Positions 24,919 through 38,697 of a stretch of DNA of 64,000 nucleotides are shown one piece after another (within the stretch, counting starts at the first letter, position 1; the number at the start of each line of letters is the position of its first letter). A model generated the notes under the pieces. That model worked only from the letters and a program-made list of their open reading frames with translations. It was not told where the DNA came from and made no database searches. Source of the stretch: Mytilus californianus (Eukaryota); NCBI RefSeq assembly GCF_021869535.1, contig NW_026262679.1, positions 118,420,001-118,484,000 on the forward strand. The letters are read 5' to 3'. Made by a program: the position numbers and the translations under genes.

Positions 24919-27900
24919 TAAGTTTCAAGAACATCAACCCTATAAAATCCAAACACTATAGAAGTTGTGGTATGACAATTAAAAAAGACAAGGTAAAAAT
25001 TTTCTTTAACCTACAGACCAAAATGTTAGTGTTACAAACATAATGTTGGGATGAAAGATTGCGTTAAAATAAATTTTCAGTGAAATCCAAATATCAACCA
25101 AATCAGAAACAATTGGTAAAATTATAAATGCTCAGGTACAATCTTCTTAACAATAATTTACAAATCTTGACCTTTTATCTCCTTATAATGGGGCTATATA
25201 TACATACCTTATCAGATTATTTGACAGATAACATAGTCCGTAAAAACTTTATCATTCAGATTTCTGAGTGCATGTTTCTGGAATAACCTTCATCATAGAA
25301 TGCTTGAGACCCCATGTTTGGACAGTCAAAATATGAACTTTTAAAAGCTGAAAAACTAAAAGGTCAAAGCGATATTTGTAGATTTTTTGGCATGTTAGTA
25401 TCAAAATATTAATGATTTTTAGCTATAGTAGGTATAATAAATAAATTTAAAAAAACTGTTCTGATAAAAATTTATATTGCTGAGAAGACAATCAGTTAGG
25501 TGATGAAAGGGAGATTACTCTTTTTTATCATTATCAATTGTGTAACATTCAAAATGTTGTAAAATGTGAATAAACTGCCTATAACAGTGACTTTTAAATA
25601 ATGTTTTTTTTGGTTTTTTTCATTTTAAGAAAAATGAATTCTTAAATATAATAATGTATGACAAAAATAAAATACCTTCTAAAATTAAGATACTTTGGCA
25701 TCATGACAATATAAAATAACTAATTTGAATGGCATAGACTATTTTTACTGAATCAAAATAACCAAATCAAAACAAGTTACATAAACTTACATCTGATAAT
25801 GTTTTGTAAACAAATTAATAAAATTCCTGTTTACAGATACAATATTTTTATATTGCTTGTACAATATATGCATAAAAAATACATGTATTATATTATATAG
25901 TATACTCAGTAATAAGTACAAGCGTAAATACACCATGTTTAACAATTGCTATAATCATATAGTGTATTGGCTATTCTATTTAATGTAGAGATAATTTTTA
26001 AAAACTTCTATTTGTCCAGTAAAGAGTAAAGACTGAAGCTTTCATTAATCAAATTTCGTTTCTTATTAATATTGGTAGTTACAAATATTTAAAAATGTGA
26101 TTTTTCCAGTATAATAATGCAGTCCGTTCCATTCTTGTTTTCTAGTATTAGTGTGTGGCTTGTAAATCCTTATTTTGATATCTAACTCATTTCAGTATGA
26201 AAGCAATTTTTCTTGTCGGTATGATTGTCTGTAACTATACTAACATTGATATATCTATAGGGTCATATCTATAGGGTCATGATGAAGTTTGAGAGTATTT
26301 GCTAACGTCACAGTACCTAAATTTCACCTATTCAACACAAATTGCTGCAGAAATCTTACAATTTTTCTTTGAGACTAGATAATTTGTATTTTTATGATTT
26401 GACATTATATACGTCTATCAACAAAGGCAAATATATCTAAATATACACAAAACGTTCACAGTACATATCAACAGATTAAGCATTCACTGGAAAAAGTTCA
26501 CAAAAAGTCATCTTTTAAAAATGAGCAAATTAAATATGTTACAAGCATTCAATTCTTAAAAAATGAATAGTAAGCATGGACTAATGTCAAATTGTTCTAA
26601 ATATTTGAAGAAATAAAACAAAACATCTGTTATTCGATTTTTAAGGATGTGAATTTAAGCATGGTTGCAATTTAGGTACTCCTCATTACAGAATCATGGA
26701 TCGTTTGGAGGTCGGTTCAAACCCACTTTTCTATGATTCAATATAGATACAAAATTATATTGGTGGAACCATATAGTAAATAATGACACATCTACAAAAT
26801 AAACACAGAATGGAAAGTTTTGCCTGGGTCATAAATAAAAGTAGGTGAAAAAACTGTCAAATAGGTGCAATTTGGGTATCGTCACGTTAACTGTGAATAA
26901 AGATATCTATCTTTGATTCTGAAAACAAGAGAGGGAGTTTTCCAGCTACAATCTCATCGAAGGGTAATAGCCTGAGATGAGTTGAAGCTAAGAAACTTCC
27001 TCACTTTGAAGACCAAAAGATAATCTGTTTATTGATATTTTCCCAAGTAACATCAATGACATCATCTTCAATCTATTGTAAATTCAGAAATTATTGTGAA
27101 AAATGCAACAGTATAAGGTTCACAAAAATAAATACCTGCATTCATAATTTCAAAAGGGATTTTTCTAAAAAAATATTTTGCAATCACATTAATTAGAATT
27201 TGCATTTTTGCCAGAAGTCAAGGATTTGCAATAATAAATGGACACATTAATTTCTGAAATAACAGTTATTTACTGTTATAAAACCATTCTCAGTCCAATA
27301 GCTAGGGGTTGAAAATTATCACACAGAAAGATCAAAGGAAAGTTTTAAGAAAATTGAGTTAAAAAGTAGTGTCATTCCGGCCTTATTTTCATATCATAGA
27401 ATGGCTGGTAAATAAGCTAAGTGTTTATAATCAAAATATATTAATTAATAATTAATATGCTACATCAAGTGCCATTATTTGTGGTTTTTATTGTTATACA
27501 CATACAAACAAAAAACATCTTGTTCTTTGGATATTTTAAGTGTAACTTTTCTTTTTTCTTTCTTTCTCTCTCTCTGATTTGTGTTGTTACAATTGCATTT
27601 TTAAGAACTTTGAATATTTCGGCCAAAGAATATGTGTGTTAAACCGGTGACTTATTATTTATGAACAACTTAACTTTAAATCTCTTTACTTTTCTTTCAC
27701 TTGATACAAAACAAATATATATATGTAATATACCCACATATATGAAACTTAAATAATTCAGGGAAAAAGTCCAATGTAGATATGCAAATTTCAAATTTAA
27801 GAAATAATACAAATATTAAAAGAACAAGATTTTTTCTGTGTTATCTGATATTTAGTTGTAATTTGTTACTTTTTCTAGTTTATAGTAATTGTTAATTATT

Positions 27901-28312
27901 TCACATTATTAAAATGTTATAAAATATTTTGGATTTACATTTCCCATGATAATAACAAATCTTAGTTTAAGATGGATGAAGTAAGAGTTGGCCTTTAATT
28001 CCAGTACATGTACCAGCTTTTGGAGGCACAACTAGGAGGAGAACAAAGTTTATCATCTTTAAATATCATGAATAGATATCAATGCATATAGGCCTTTAAA
28101 AGTTGACTATACTGTATAGGTTTTTCTCATTATTGAAGGCTTACGGTGACCTATAATTGCTTATATCCATGTCATTTAAGCTCTGGTGGATAGTTGTCTC
28201 ATTGGCAATCATACCACATCTTATTTATATATCAACTGTTAGTCACCTCGACTTGTAGACAGTTACTACAGCTGTATTTCAACATACATCTATAGTTCAA
28301 GACAATATTACA

Positions 28313-28893
28313 ACAAGAGTGCACACGCTGAAATGTCTCGCCTGCTTTACTGACCATTGATTTTATGTTGAAAGTCTTAAAGATAATGGTATTACTAAAT
28401 GCATTACAGAAACTTAACATTTTTAAAGATCTATGACAATGAGGTGAAGGTCAGATAAATCATGTCAGACAGACATATATAGTTGACCTATTGCTATGCT
28501 ATTTGAAAAATAGACCAAAACACAAAAACTTAGCATTGACCAATGAACCATGAAAATGAGGTCAAGGTATGATTATACCTGCCAGACAGACATGTGCAAC
28601 TTACAATTATTACATACACCAAATATAGCTTAAACATAATAAGTCAGAAATTCACATGACAAAAAACTAAAAAAAATTTTCAAACAGTCGCTGAACCATG
28701 AAAATGAGGTCAAGGACAATGAACATATGGTTGATGGAAACTTCGTAACATAAATTATCTGCATACAAGATATGAAGCATCAAGGTCTTCTACCTTCTGA
28801 AATATAAAGCTTTAAACAAATAGTTTACACTGCTGCCGGATAGTAATACCTATGTCTCGCATAGTGCGACTTTCGTCGCAAGCGAGACGAAAA
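28313..28893 (-). mobile_element. HINE-like element, same family as 57660-59200
   Basis: Begins aacaagagtgcacacgctgaaatgtctcgcc (reverse complement of the ends at ~58750 and ~59170); internal tandem units; ends tatgtctcgc...gcgagacgaaaa. Confidence 0.75.
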
Positions 28894-29257
28894 CAAGAAA
28901 CTGTGTCCATAGGACACCATGCTTTGCTCACATATTTCCTTGATCAGTGTACCATGAAATGGGGGACAAAAGCCTAATTTAAAAGTTCACATTATAATGA
29001 ACATGTGTGCCAAGTTTCAAGTTGATCTAATTACCTTGACTAAAAACCTTAACATGATACAGGACAGATGAACAAACTGACTGACAGATGCACAGACTGA
29101 AAAACATAAAACTACGCAGGGCATACAATGAAAAACAATATTCTAGGTCATTTAGGAGCTATCAAAATATACTGAGCTAGAAACAATAGATAAACAACAG
29201 CTATAGTGATTCCAAAATTATTTTTTTGCATTATTATATAAATAATTTAACAAAGGA

Positions 29258-29826
29258 GTAGGGGCATTAAGGCCCGGTTTTGGCCCAAGAAAATGAAATG
29301 TTTGACAACTATTTTAATTTGGCACATAATGTTTGAAAATGCATAGGGTCAAGCAATTTAAATGAAAAACATCAAGATTTTTATCTGATGACATCACAAT
29401 TACGTCATAATATATACCTTTTTCACAAAAACGATGAAAAAAAAGAATTTATGCAGTTTTCTAACATTATTTGTAGTGTGGAAACATCGTGCGCAGCCAA
29501 GAAACAACAAAATAATTTAAGAGAAGCTTTATTATAACTATTGACATATTCTCACCAAATATAAAGTTGTTTCTTGGGTGCGCAAATACTTTTCCAATCT
29601 AAAATATACTTAAAATTTGATGAAAAACAAGGAAAATCAAGTAATTTTACAAAATATGCAAATTTAGTCATGGTTTGTTGCCATGGTAACTCGTTCAACC
29701 TGAAATTGGTTTTTATTTTCTGAATATCTTGTAGCTTAGTCTAGTTTGGACAAATTTAAGAATATGTATGATAACTTTCAAATTTGCAGTAATATTTGGG
29801 CCAAATAAGGGCCTTATTGCCCCTAC
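29258..29826. mobile_element. MITE with ~25-bp imperfect TIRs, superfamily not assigned
   Basis: gtaggggcattaaggcccggtttggcccaa ... ttgggccaaataagggccttattgcccctac. Confidence 0.75.
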
Positions 29827-31202
29827 ATCTTTCAGTGTTATTTGTATTGGGATACAATACTAAAGGTATATTAGAATAAGGTTAAAACAACAAACCAAAG
29901 AAATTAAGGTCTTTTATTTCATTTCCAAAATCTCAAAAAACATAAACATTTATTTAATTTAAGTTTGGTCTTTTTTCTTCAAAGTTCGAAATAAAAGAAA
30001 TGTTGACAGATCAAATTTCAGTAAAATAACAAGTCCAAGTCTTCCTCAAAACATACGCTTTATAAGTATTGTATTTATAAACTAGTTAATTTGTGCTTAA
30101 AATGCACCAATAATATACATGTAGTGAAAAAAATTCTTCAACTTCATGAATTACAACATTGTGCAGAAATTTCTAAAAGATCTGTTAAAATAATTGGACG
30201 GGCGGACACATGCCTGGTATTTCCATGTCCCCGGCAACACGTTATGTAGGGGACAATAAAAATTTACATCTCAAAGGGACATATTTCCTGTACAAATATT
30301 TCATTGATACTGATTTTCTAAATCACAAAAGACATTAAATGATATAAACCTTTGATATAAATTTTATCTAAATCTGACAAGAAATGTAGGCTCGAGAGTC
30401 CTTACAATGCAATTTTCAATATAATTTATATTTCCAAAAGGCATTACTCATTAAAAAAACAATTGATTGGTATTGATTTTCAAACTTGTCGAAGACATAT
30501 CTGATATAAACCTGTTACATAAATTTCATAAAAGTCTGGCAAGAACTGTAGTTGTGAGAATTCTTTCAAGGCTGTCCCCTGCACTGCAATGTTATGGGGT
30601 CAACAACTCAGAAGTCAAATTCAAGAAGGAAAATAACTGAAATCAGTCAACTATTAAAATATCTTATCTGCTAGTTAAAGTCACATAACTCCAAAATTAT
30701 TTAAATAATAGTGAAAGTTGAAATGAAGCTTAGTTCAATTAACTTTACACTGTATTAAGAATACATGAAAATTGCTCATAGCAAGGCCATCCTTAACAAA
30801 TTCTTTGTTTGATGTTGTCTATTCATGCCTTGTATGGTTGGGTAGGAAGGTAGGGATTTTATTTTTTTTTGCCAACAACTTAAGTTACATGTTATAAACG
30901 TTGGAGCAAAAAAAAACTTTTCATCTACCAAGACTTAATGTTCATGTATAGTTTGAAACTTTAGGCAGAATCAACAGTCATTGAAAGCTCAATGCAACAA
31001 TGGACTGTTTATCCTTCAAATTATTGGCAAAATATGTTTCACTACAGAAAGTGACAAAATCTAAAACTGAAATGGGTGCTGTTCTTTAGAAAATTCTCTG
31101 TATTCTTTACTTACATATATGATTACAAAAAAAGATCAGATATGTTCCCTTGCTTAATTTTTTAGTTACAATTATACAGTCCTTAAAGTACTACACTTTG
31201 TT

Positions 31203-31297
31203 TCATGACTTTGCCACTACTTCAAATCCATTTTGTCCAGGTATGAGATCTTCCATTTCACTTGTTACTTTGGGTAAATCATCAATGCAGAAGAAAT
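31203..31297 (-). CDS. TERB2: TERB2 coding exon 6 (terminal; putative MAJIN-binding segment) DFFCIDDLPKVTSEMEDLIPGQNGFEVVAKS*
   Basis: Acceptor ttttttttcag|; 2+93 nt; TGA at 31205-31203. Resembles recalled human GYISIDAMKKFLGELHDFIPGTSGY. Confidence 0.85.
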
Positions 31298-31310
31298 CTG
31301 AAAAAAAAAC

Positions 31311-31431
31311 CCAAAGAACATCATCTTATCCACACATACACTATAAAAAAAAACCAAAGAACATCATTTTATCCACACATACACTATAAAAAAAAAACCA
31401 ACAAACATCATTTTATCCACACATACACTAT
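31311..31431. repeat. 43-44-bp VNTR (~2.8 copies) abutting the TERB2 terminal-exon acceptor
   Basis: ccaaagaacatcatyttatccacacatacactataaaaaaaaa units start at 31311, 31354 and 31398. Confidence 0.9.
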
Positions 31432-32062
31432 CAAATATTAATGTTTATTTCATACTTTGAATATGGAATTTTTTGCTTAAATATTTCACAATCAGATAAA
31501 CTGCTTGAAAAATACCCTGCTAGAATAGTTAATAAATATTAACAATATGTGAAGGGAACACTTGTCATATGATGTAAGAATTATGTGAAAAGATCATATA
31601 TTGAAATTTGGACCCACATTCACAGTAGGTCAACTTGTCTTGTGATTTGCACCTTCTGTTTTCTACTTTATATTTTAGTTATGTGTTGTTTATGGTCTTC
31701 TGCTCATATTATTTGAGTCACTGTTATTATAAAAATATTGGAGTGAAATACACATAAAAAGTGTACATTATAAATATGTAATCACAAGGCCTTCAACAAT
31801 TAGCACTAGTGTGCTCTATGGAAAACTGTCTTGAGACAACTATTTTTTTTTTTCCTTTATGAGGTTATATCATTACATTCAGTGGTTCAATTCTTACAAT
31901 TAGTCAGATGCGTTGTGAGGGGCACAATATCCAAAGACATTTTTGCATTCAATATCACACTATATCATTTGAAAATTATAATTATGCACAATCAATAACC
32001 ATCAACAAATTTTCTGTTTTATTTGGGATTACCACTAGAAGACACTGATAAATAAAGAATAC

Positions 32063-32489
32063 CTTGATTATGTTGACTCTTGGTCTGACTAGAATGTCCA
32101 TTTGTATTGACATGTGAGTCCATTGTACCTTTATCAGTGTTATCTAGTACAATATCACCAACATCAATATATGGTAAATCACTGTAATTTTTTGGAGTTC
32201 TTTTGCGGAAACTGTAATTTTGCACATCTTCATTTGATTTTCTTTTATCACTACTAGTATTTGATTTTGGTTTATGTAGTTGAGAATCATTTTGTCTTTT
32301 TGAATTTTCCTTTGGTGAATTAGCTAACAATGAAGCATTTTGTCTTTTTTTAGATGGTGTTGCCTTTGGGTCTGTCTTCCCATCAAGTCTTTGTCCATCA
32401 CTTTTCTTTCTATCATTGTCTTTATTAGATTTTAACCCTGTATGCTGTGTATCTTCACCAATATGAACACCAACTGTTTTTTCATCATC
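32063..32489 (-). CDS. TERB2: TERB2 coding exon 5 (142 aa, low complexity, K/S/D/N-rich)
   Basis: Acceptor ttactaattag|GAT GAT, donor CAA G|gtattc; 427 nt, phase 0 to 1, open throughout and phase-compatible with both neighbours. Confidence 0.8.
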
Positions 32490-33200
32490 CTAATTAGTAA
32501 AATCAAAGCTATAAAGCTGTAACATAGAAGATCTCAACTAATTCATTATTTTTCATTCAATATTGAATTTTGTTAATGTTAGTCTTTTGTCATATGCTAA
32601 TAAGCTTTTGTAATTTAGAGGTATATGATGTTGATGGCAGATCTATGATAGTCATTTTAAATATATTAGCCTTTTTTTATAGACTTGAAGCAATTTAGAG
32701 CACCTATCTATTTTTGAAGACCATTTGCTGACCTCTAGATGTCTTTTGGTTATTTGTGTGTTTTTAGTTTGCTGTCTCATTGAAGTATACCACACACCTC
32801 CTCTTAATCACAACTTTTTTTCTAATGGTCTAAGAACCGAACTAGACAACAAAATGTATGTTTACAAATGCTTGCAAATGTCAAGTCCCCTTTTTGCTTT
32901 TGAATACTTTAAAAAAATGAAACTGTTAGGTGTAACTAACATCGATCAAGTTTAGTATCCTGTACAGATCTTGCTTACAAAATTATGTTTTAAGAAAATA
33001 TTATATAAAGATTTGCATTTTTCTAGAAGTATATATATTTTTTTCAAGTCAGAAGTATTTCCTTCCTATTACTATATTTTATATCACACATTAAAAAAAC
33101 ATTTGCAAAAAATTTGTTAGGCTGTATTTCATACATTAAAGCGTTCACAGTTATATTTGCCATTAAACAATGCACTTGAGATGTAACAATTTGTACAAAC

Positions 33201-33262
33201 CTCCTCACTAGATACTCCACTGTCTGTATCATCCCAGATATACTTCATCTGTTTCCTTACCA
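33201..33262 (-). CDS. TERB2: TERB2 coding exon 4 (LVRKQMKYIWDDTDSGVSSEE)
   Basis: attttcag|...GAG|gtttgt; 62 nt. Resembles recalled human EIRRKIGSFIWEQD. Confidence 0.85.
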
Positions 33263-33892
33263 CTGAAAATATATATAGTCAAATATAGAATTAATTTTAC
33301 CTGGGATGAAAATCATGTCCTCCCCATAGCACCAAATTATGTAGTTTTTGTGGGAGTAGCTGAGGCCTTATTTATCTTCTGATTTTATTTTTTTTTTGGT
33401 GCCGTCTGTCCTGTCTATACTTCTGATTTTTTATCTGTCCTTGAAGTATACAAGAGTGCGAAGTGGGAAAACTAGTTAACTTAATCATAAAGTATTTCTG
33501 AAAAATTGACCTGAATGCAAAACCACAGTCACTAATAGACATAAGTGGCACCCAATTGTTGCTGAATTATGTTATTTTATAGTTGTTACTTCTCAGTGAT
33601 ACATTGCTTATCACAACTTAATTTTTAGAAAAGATACTGTTAAAAGTAAAACTGGAAGAAAAACATCAAAATTATAATTTTTCTAATAACATATTACAAT
33701 GAATAAATTATGGTCATGATACTTTTAAAATTTTGATTACTGGTGTTTCATGTGTCAAAAAATTGTCATTTTAAAGATAAGTTAGATGTGTGGTTTTTTG
33801 TTATTTCAGTTTGTGCTATATTCAAACCAAATAAGTCCCTAAATACAGTAGTCGTTACGCTTTTTTTTAAATGCTATAAAATAATACATTAC

Positions 33893-34029
33893 AATTCTGT
33901 ATTTCTTTTGGAGGCAAGAAGTATTTTCCAACTGGTATTTTCTGGGTAGGCACTTTTGTAGAATCAGAAATATACTTTGCATGGAATACAGCAAGGTGTT
34001 CATCTCTATATGCACTACTCTGAAATATT
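33893..34029 (-). CDS. TERB2: TERB2 coding exon 3 (IFQSSAYRDEHLAVFHAKYISDSTKVPTQKIPVGKYFLPPKEIQN)
   Basis: ttttatag|...T|gtaatg; 137 nt. Resembles recalled human IYQSLDYIEDNATVFHAYYLSAV...VALGHFILPP. Confidence 0.9.
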
Positions 34030-35221
34030 CTATAAAACAAAAAAAATGAATAAACTGTAGTCTTTCATTGCACTTCATAGAAATCAAATTGTTGTGTAAA
34101 ATTATTGTCAGAAAAAGCATCTTCAATAAACTCAAATGTAAAATTTAACAACTGTAATATTGAAATATGACAATACAAGTCATGATTAAATTCATTTTTA
34201 TTTTCCATTTTTAAAGGTACATAACTTGAGAACTGTAAAATTAGAACTTGATCTGTATTAGGTGGTAATATGCATTGTGTATAAGTTTCATAATATTTGG
34301 TTCAGGCAAAGTAAAATTAGAGGGCAGAAACAGCAAATTCAGCATTTTTTCCATTTAAAAGGGACATAATGATACCTTGAAGAATGGTGAAAGTGATGCA
34401 CCCAAATTCGATCTTGATCTGTGTTTGAAGGTAATAATCATTGTGTGTTAAGTTTCATAACATTTGGTTGAGGCAAACTAAAGTTAAAGAACAGAAACCA
34501 ATTTCGGGATGTACAGACAAGGGTGAAACTTAATGTCCCTGTCGCCTAGCGGCAGGTCCATAAAAATATAATTCATAGCATGAGTTATCATGGTTATGGT
34601 TACCACATTGCAATATTGCAGAAATTTGAGAGTTAAGACAGAAATCTATATAAACCAGGTCAATTTGTTTTTCAAATTTTTTTCATACAGAGTACTGTGG
34701 ATTAATTTATTTTCATGGATACCAATTTTTGTGGATTGAGTAAACTTATAATATTATGGATATGCCAAAGAAAATGTAAACTTCGTTGAACATTCAAATT
34801 CTTGGTTTACCTATATAGCCACGAAATCCAAGAACAATAATAAGTCCATGTTAGTACATACTTTTTTCCCTTCCTTTGTATCTTTATTCGCAGTAACGGT
34901 CCCTGAGCTTCAACTTTCGCTACGTGAAACAGTTATAAAGCTTTCAAAAACTGGTGGTCAGGGGTTTATTTCATGTATATGTAAAGGGGGTGCAGCACTT
35001 CTTTATGTTAATGTAAAATTCAAAAGATATTGTGCAATTCGCAATGCCATAATTCACTCACATGCTCAAACAAATGATATAGAACTATTTTTTGTATTTT
35101 GTAAATAAGGTTAATTGTGTGGTCATTAAATAAAAAAAATATAATGTGTATCAATGCTTTTTTATAACAAAATCAATACTATTAATTATTGTACAAGTTA
35201 TAAGTGAATTTTAGTCAAATG

Positions 35222-35350
35222 TTGTACAAATTGTAATTTGTACAAGCACTTTTTGTACAAATTACAATTTGTACAAAGTCAAAATACAATTATAATTTGT
35301 ACAATTTTTTTGTACAAATTATAATTTGTAAAAAATGATAACTTGTACAC
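35222..35350. repeat. Cluster of 24-bp near-palindromic units TTGTACAAATTRYAATTTGTACAA in a TERB2 intron
   Basis: Units at 35222, 35253, ~35285 (partial) and 35310. Units 1 and 2 are exact reverse complements of each other. Confidence 0.85.
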
Positions 35351-36979
35351 AACATATTTATATTATCAGGATGGTTTTGTTAGTCAGTTACAGACATATA
35401 GCTGAATTTATATTCACTTCTTATGTATAAAGAAACATGTGGAGTCTTACAGCAAAAGAATATTCCAAGGGCAAACAATAAAATAGTGTTAACCCATTAA
35501 ATTCAATACTCACAGGCTTTAACCAGACATAATTTAATCTACTTTTTCATAATCTTCTTATTTTTGGAGAAAAAGAAATTGCTTAAAGCTGTTCCAGAAT
35601 TTATTGTGTTGGGGGGTCAAAGGCAGTTTTATAAAATTTAATGAGTGGTGAATATTTTAGAAAGTTTGGTTGTACAATTAGAGAAAAAAATCGCTTAAAA
35701 ATTTCATGCATGGCAAGGTCAACTGTAAAAAAAAAAATATATATAGGGTTCAACAGAACCATGTGTCTCATCTGCTATTGCTGTCGTCAATATATTGTTG
35801 GCTGTGAAGTCCATTTATCAGTAAAGTAGTGATGTATTTTTTAATGGTACTTTTCTTTTAAAGATGCTATTTCTTGATCTTTCATAAATTTCTTTCCAAG
35901 TTTAATAACATGTCATGAAAGTTAAACAAAGTTATCGATTTCTAAATTTGTTTTATCCAAGCCTGAATGTAAATGTTTAATCGGTCACATATATGGAATA
36001 AAGAGCTGCGCCAAGAGCGCATGATACGCCAGTTGCTTTTTCAAAGAATAAAGTTCCATAACTCCTCGATGTCATACCAGAAATGTATAAAAAAACTAAA
36101 GGGAGGTTATTTTGATAGATATAAAACAGTCACCAAAGTTTCATGAAAACTGCTCAAAGCATTTTTGAGTTATTGTCTGAAACTTGACATATGGACGGAA
36201 GGACAGACGGACAGACAATGGTATACCATAATACGTCCTGTAAATGGGCGTATAAAAATGAAGACGTTATAACTTAATCATAAAAAATCCTCTTTCCAAG
36301 TTTTGTAAAATTCTATGAAGGTTTGACAAGTTATAAATGTTTGGAAACTTTAGGCTGTACCTTAATGTGATAACCAATTTTTTCCAGTAAAAAACATAAT
36401 AAACAAGAATGTGTCCATAGTACATGGATGCCCCACTGGCACTATCATTTTCTATGTTCAGTGGACTGTGAAATTGGGGGTCAAAACTCTAATTTGGCAT
36501 TAAAATTAGAAAGATCATATCATAGGGAACATGTGTACTAATTTTCAAGTTGATTGGACTTCAACTTCATCAAAAACTACCTTGACCAAAAACTTTAATC
36601 TGAAGCGGGACAGACGGACAAACGGACAGACGCGTAGACAGAAAAACATAATGCCCCTCTACTATCGTAGGTGGGGCATAAAAATGGAAGAAAATGTTTT
36701 CAATATTTTGCTCTTGGTAGTGTCTTTTGATCATACCAAAGCTTCTGTGATTGTCCAAGTTTCTTAACCATTGTTATCATGCCAAGGAGGTTTAACTAAG
36801 TTATTGATGTCTAAAAAAACTTTAACCACAAACTGAACCTAATTGTTGACAATCCAGACTAGACCAGAATGTATGATTACTATGTCTTGTTTCAGGCTTG
36901 ACAAAAATTCCTTCAGACACCTCCCCCATACATTAATTTTTAAAACAGCCCTTACAATTTTCTGATGAAAAGAGCTTAC

Positions 36980-37061
36980 TGTTTTGTATCTTTACTGTCA
37001 GCATTTTCACTGAATATAAATTGTGCTGAGTCATAATCAGCTTGTTTTCCTCCTTGTTCCT
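36980..37061 (-). CDS. TERB2: TERB2 coding exon 2 (KEQGGKQADYDSAQFIFSENADSKDTKQ)
   Basis: ttgttttag|...CA|gtaagc; 82 nt. Resembles recalled human AEGGTISDPRAADFLFSCDASHPDT. Confidence 0.9.
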
Positions 37062-38697
37062 CTAAAACAAAAACAAATATGATCAACTTTTTAATTAAGA
37101 GAATTATCCTCTTTAACTTAAACAAATATGAATACTTAAAATGACAGAAATATCCTCTAAAACAAAATGATTCTTTTTATTTATAGCATTATTCTCTATT
37201 AACAACAAGAATCATGTGTAGTGCTAAGCATATCCCCACTCATAACCTAAAGTACTGTAAAACTGGAAGAAGGTGTTTAACAGATCTCAAAAAGGCATAC
37301 ACATTACAAATGATCATCCCTGTTGATTTTGTTTACCTCCATTAAGGTAGCACAATACAAAGATTTTTTCAACCACAATCAGACAACTTTAAACTGATGT
37401 AATTTCTTTCATCCAACTCTAAAATTCATAAATGAGGAACCAAAAGAAAGAAGAAAGATTTATCTTTCAAATGGTGATAATTTCATTATTACAAAATTAT
37501 TACAAGTTTGCAACCTTATTTCGTAAGAAATCACCCAATTTAATTGGGTATAAAATTTGTTCTATTGATGTTTTTGGAAATCTTAGACACGGTTTTGGAG
37601 ATAACTGGTCAAGGAACAACATGTGGTAAAATCAGGCATATAGGGGCATCTGTATAGGAGCTAATTTCATTTAAAATAACATTTTCATGACAAAAATGTA
37701 TGTGTCACAATTGAATAAATAAGGATTTTCCTATTAGAACCCCATTAACTTCAATATCATTCACACATGTACCATGGGGATACTTCAGGATCATAAATCA
37801 ATTAGGTTTTGACCAGTAAGTAAGCATTCCATTTCAGCAATTCTAAATATATAAAGAAAATGCACATCATATGCATCAAAAACCAGATCTGGCGAGAGAA
37901 GTTATATTATATTTGACCTTGCTGTAAGTCAGTTGCTACTGATATGGTCAAAACTCCACCCACCTTGCACTTGCTTTTTTCAATATGGATTTTTTTATTC
38001 AATTAGAACATGAAACAATATATTTTGTTTTAACATTTTCCCAAAAAGTAGTACATAAAATCATCAGTTGGTCAGTCTAGAGGATTCTTATGGGGGATTT
38101 CTAGAATTATAATTGTATACAATGAAAATATATAATTTTACACAAAGTAGAATTTTCTTATTTTTGTAGTTGGAAAATAAAATGTTTAATTTTGTGTTTT
38201 CTTTTAAATAGAATTCATATTACACATTCTCCTCAAGAAAATCTGATATAACCATCAGCATTAACATAAGCAACATTAATTGCTGTACATTTATATTTGA
38301 TTCTCTCTATAGCTCCAAATTATTTTTTTGTTTTTTTCTCCTGGCAGCTCCAATACAGAAATGTATTTTTATTTGTATTTCATTATCTTCTTTTTTCTAA
38401 AAACCCTGAATTCAACCTCTTTTCTATGACTGTTATTTTTATAGCTGGTCAGTGGTCATAAAGCTATCAAATGATTCTATTATAAACCACAAAGTACTGC
38501 ACACATGTTCCTATTTGTATCAGTCAGACACATGCATTTGTTTATAAAACTAAATATCATCAAAACTCATAAACAGTGCAAGATATGGAAACTTATTTTT
38601 CTTCTGAGGTTTAGTAATATTAAAAAGTAACAAAAACAGCTGAAAATGAAATTTTGATAAAATTTAGTTGCTTTTGTATTGTGTTACCTTAAACAAG

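Noticed and set aside
32019-32330. 103-aa ORF as an independent gene
   Set aside because: It is the 3' part of TERB2 coding exon 5 plus read-through into the intron; the start is a TTG inside the exon.
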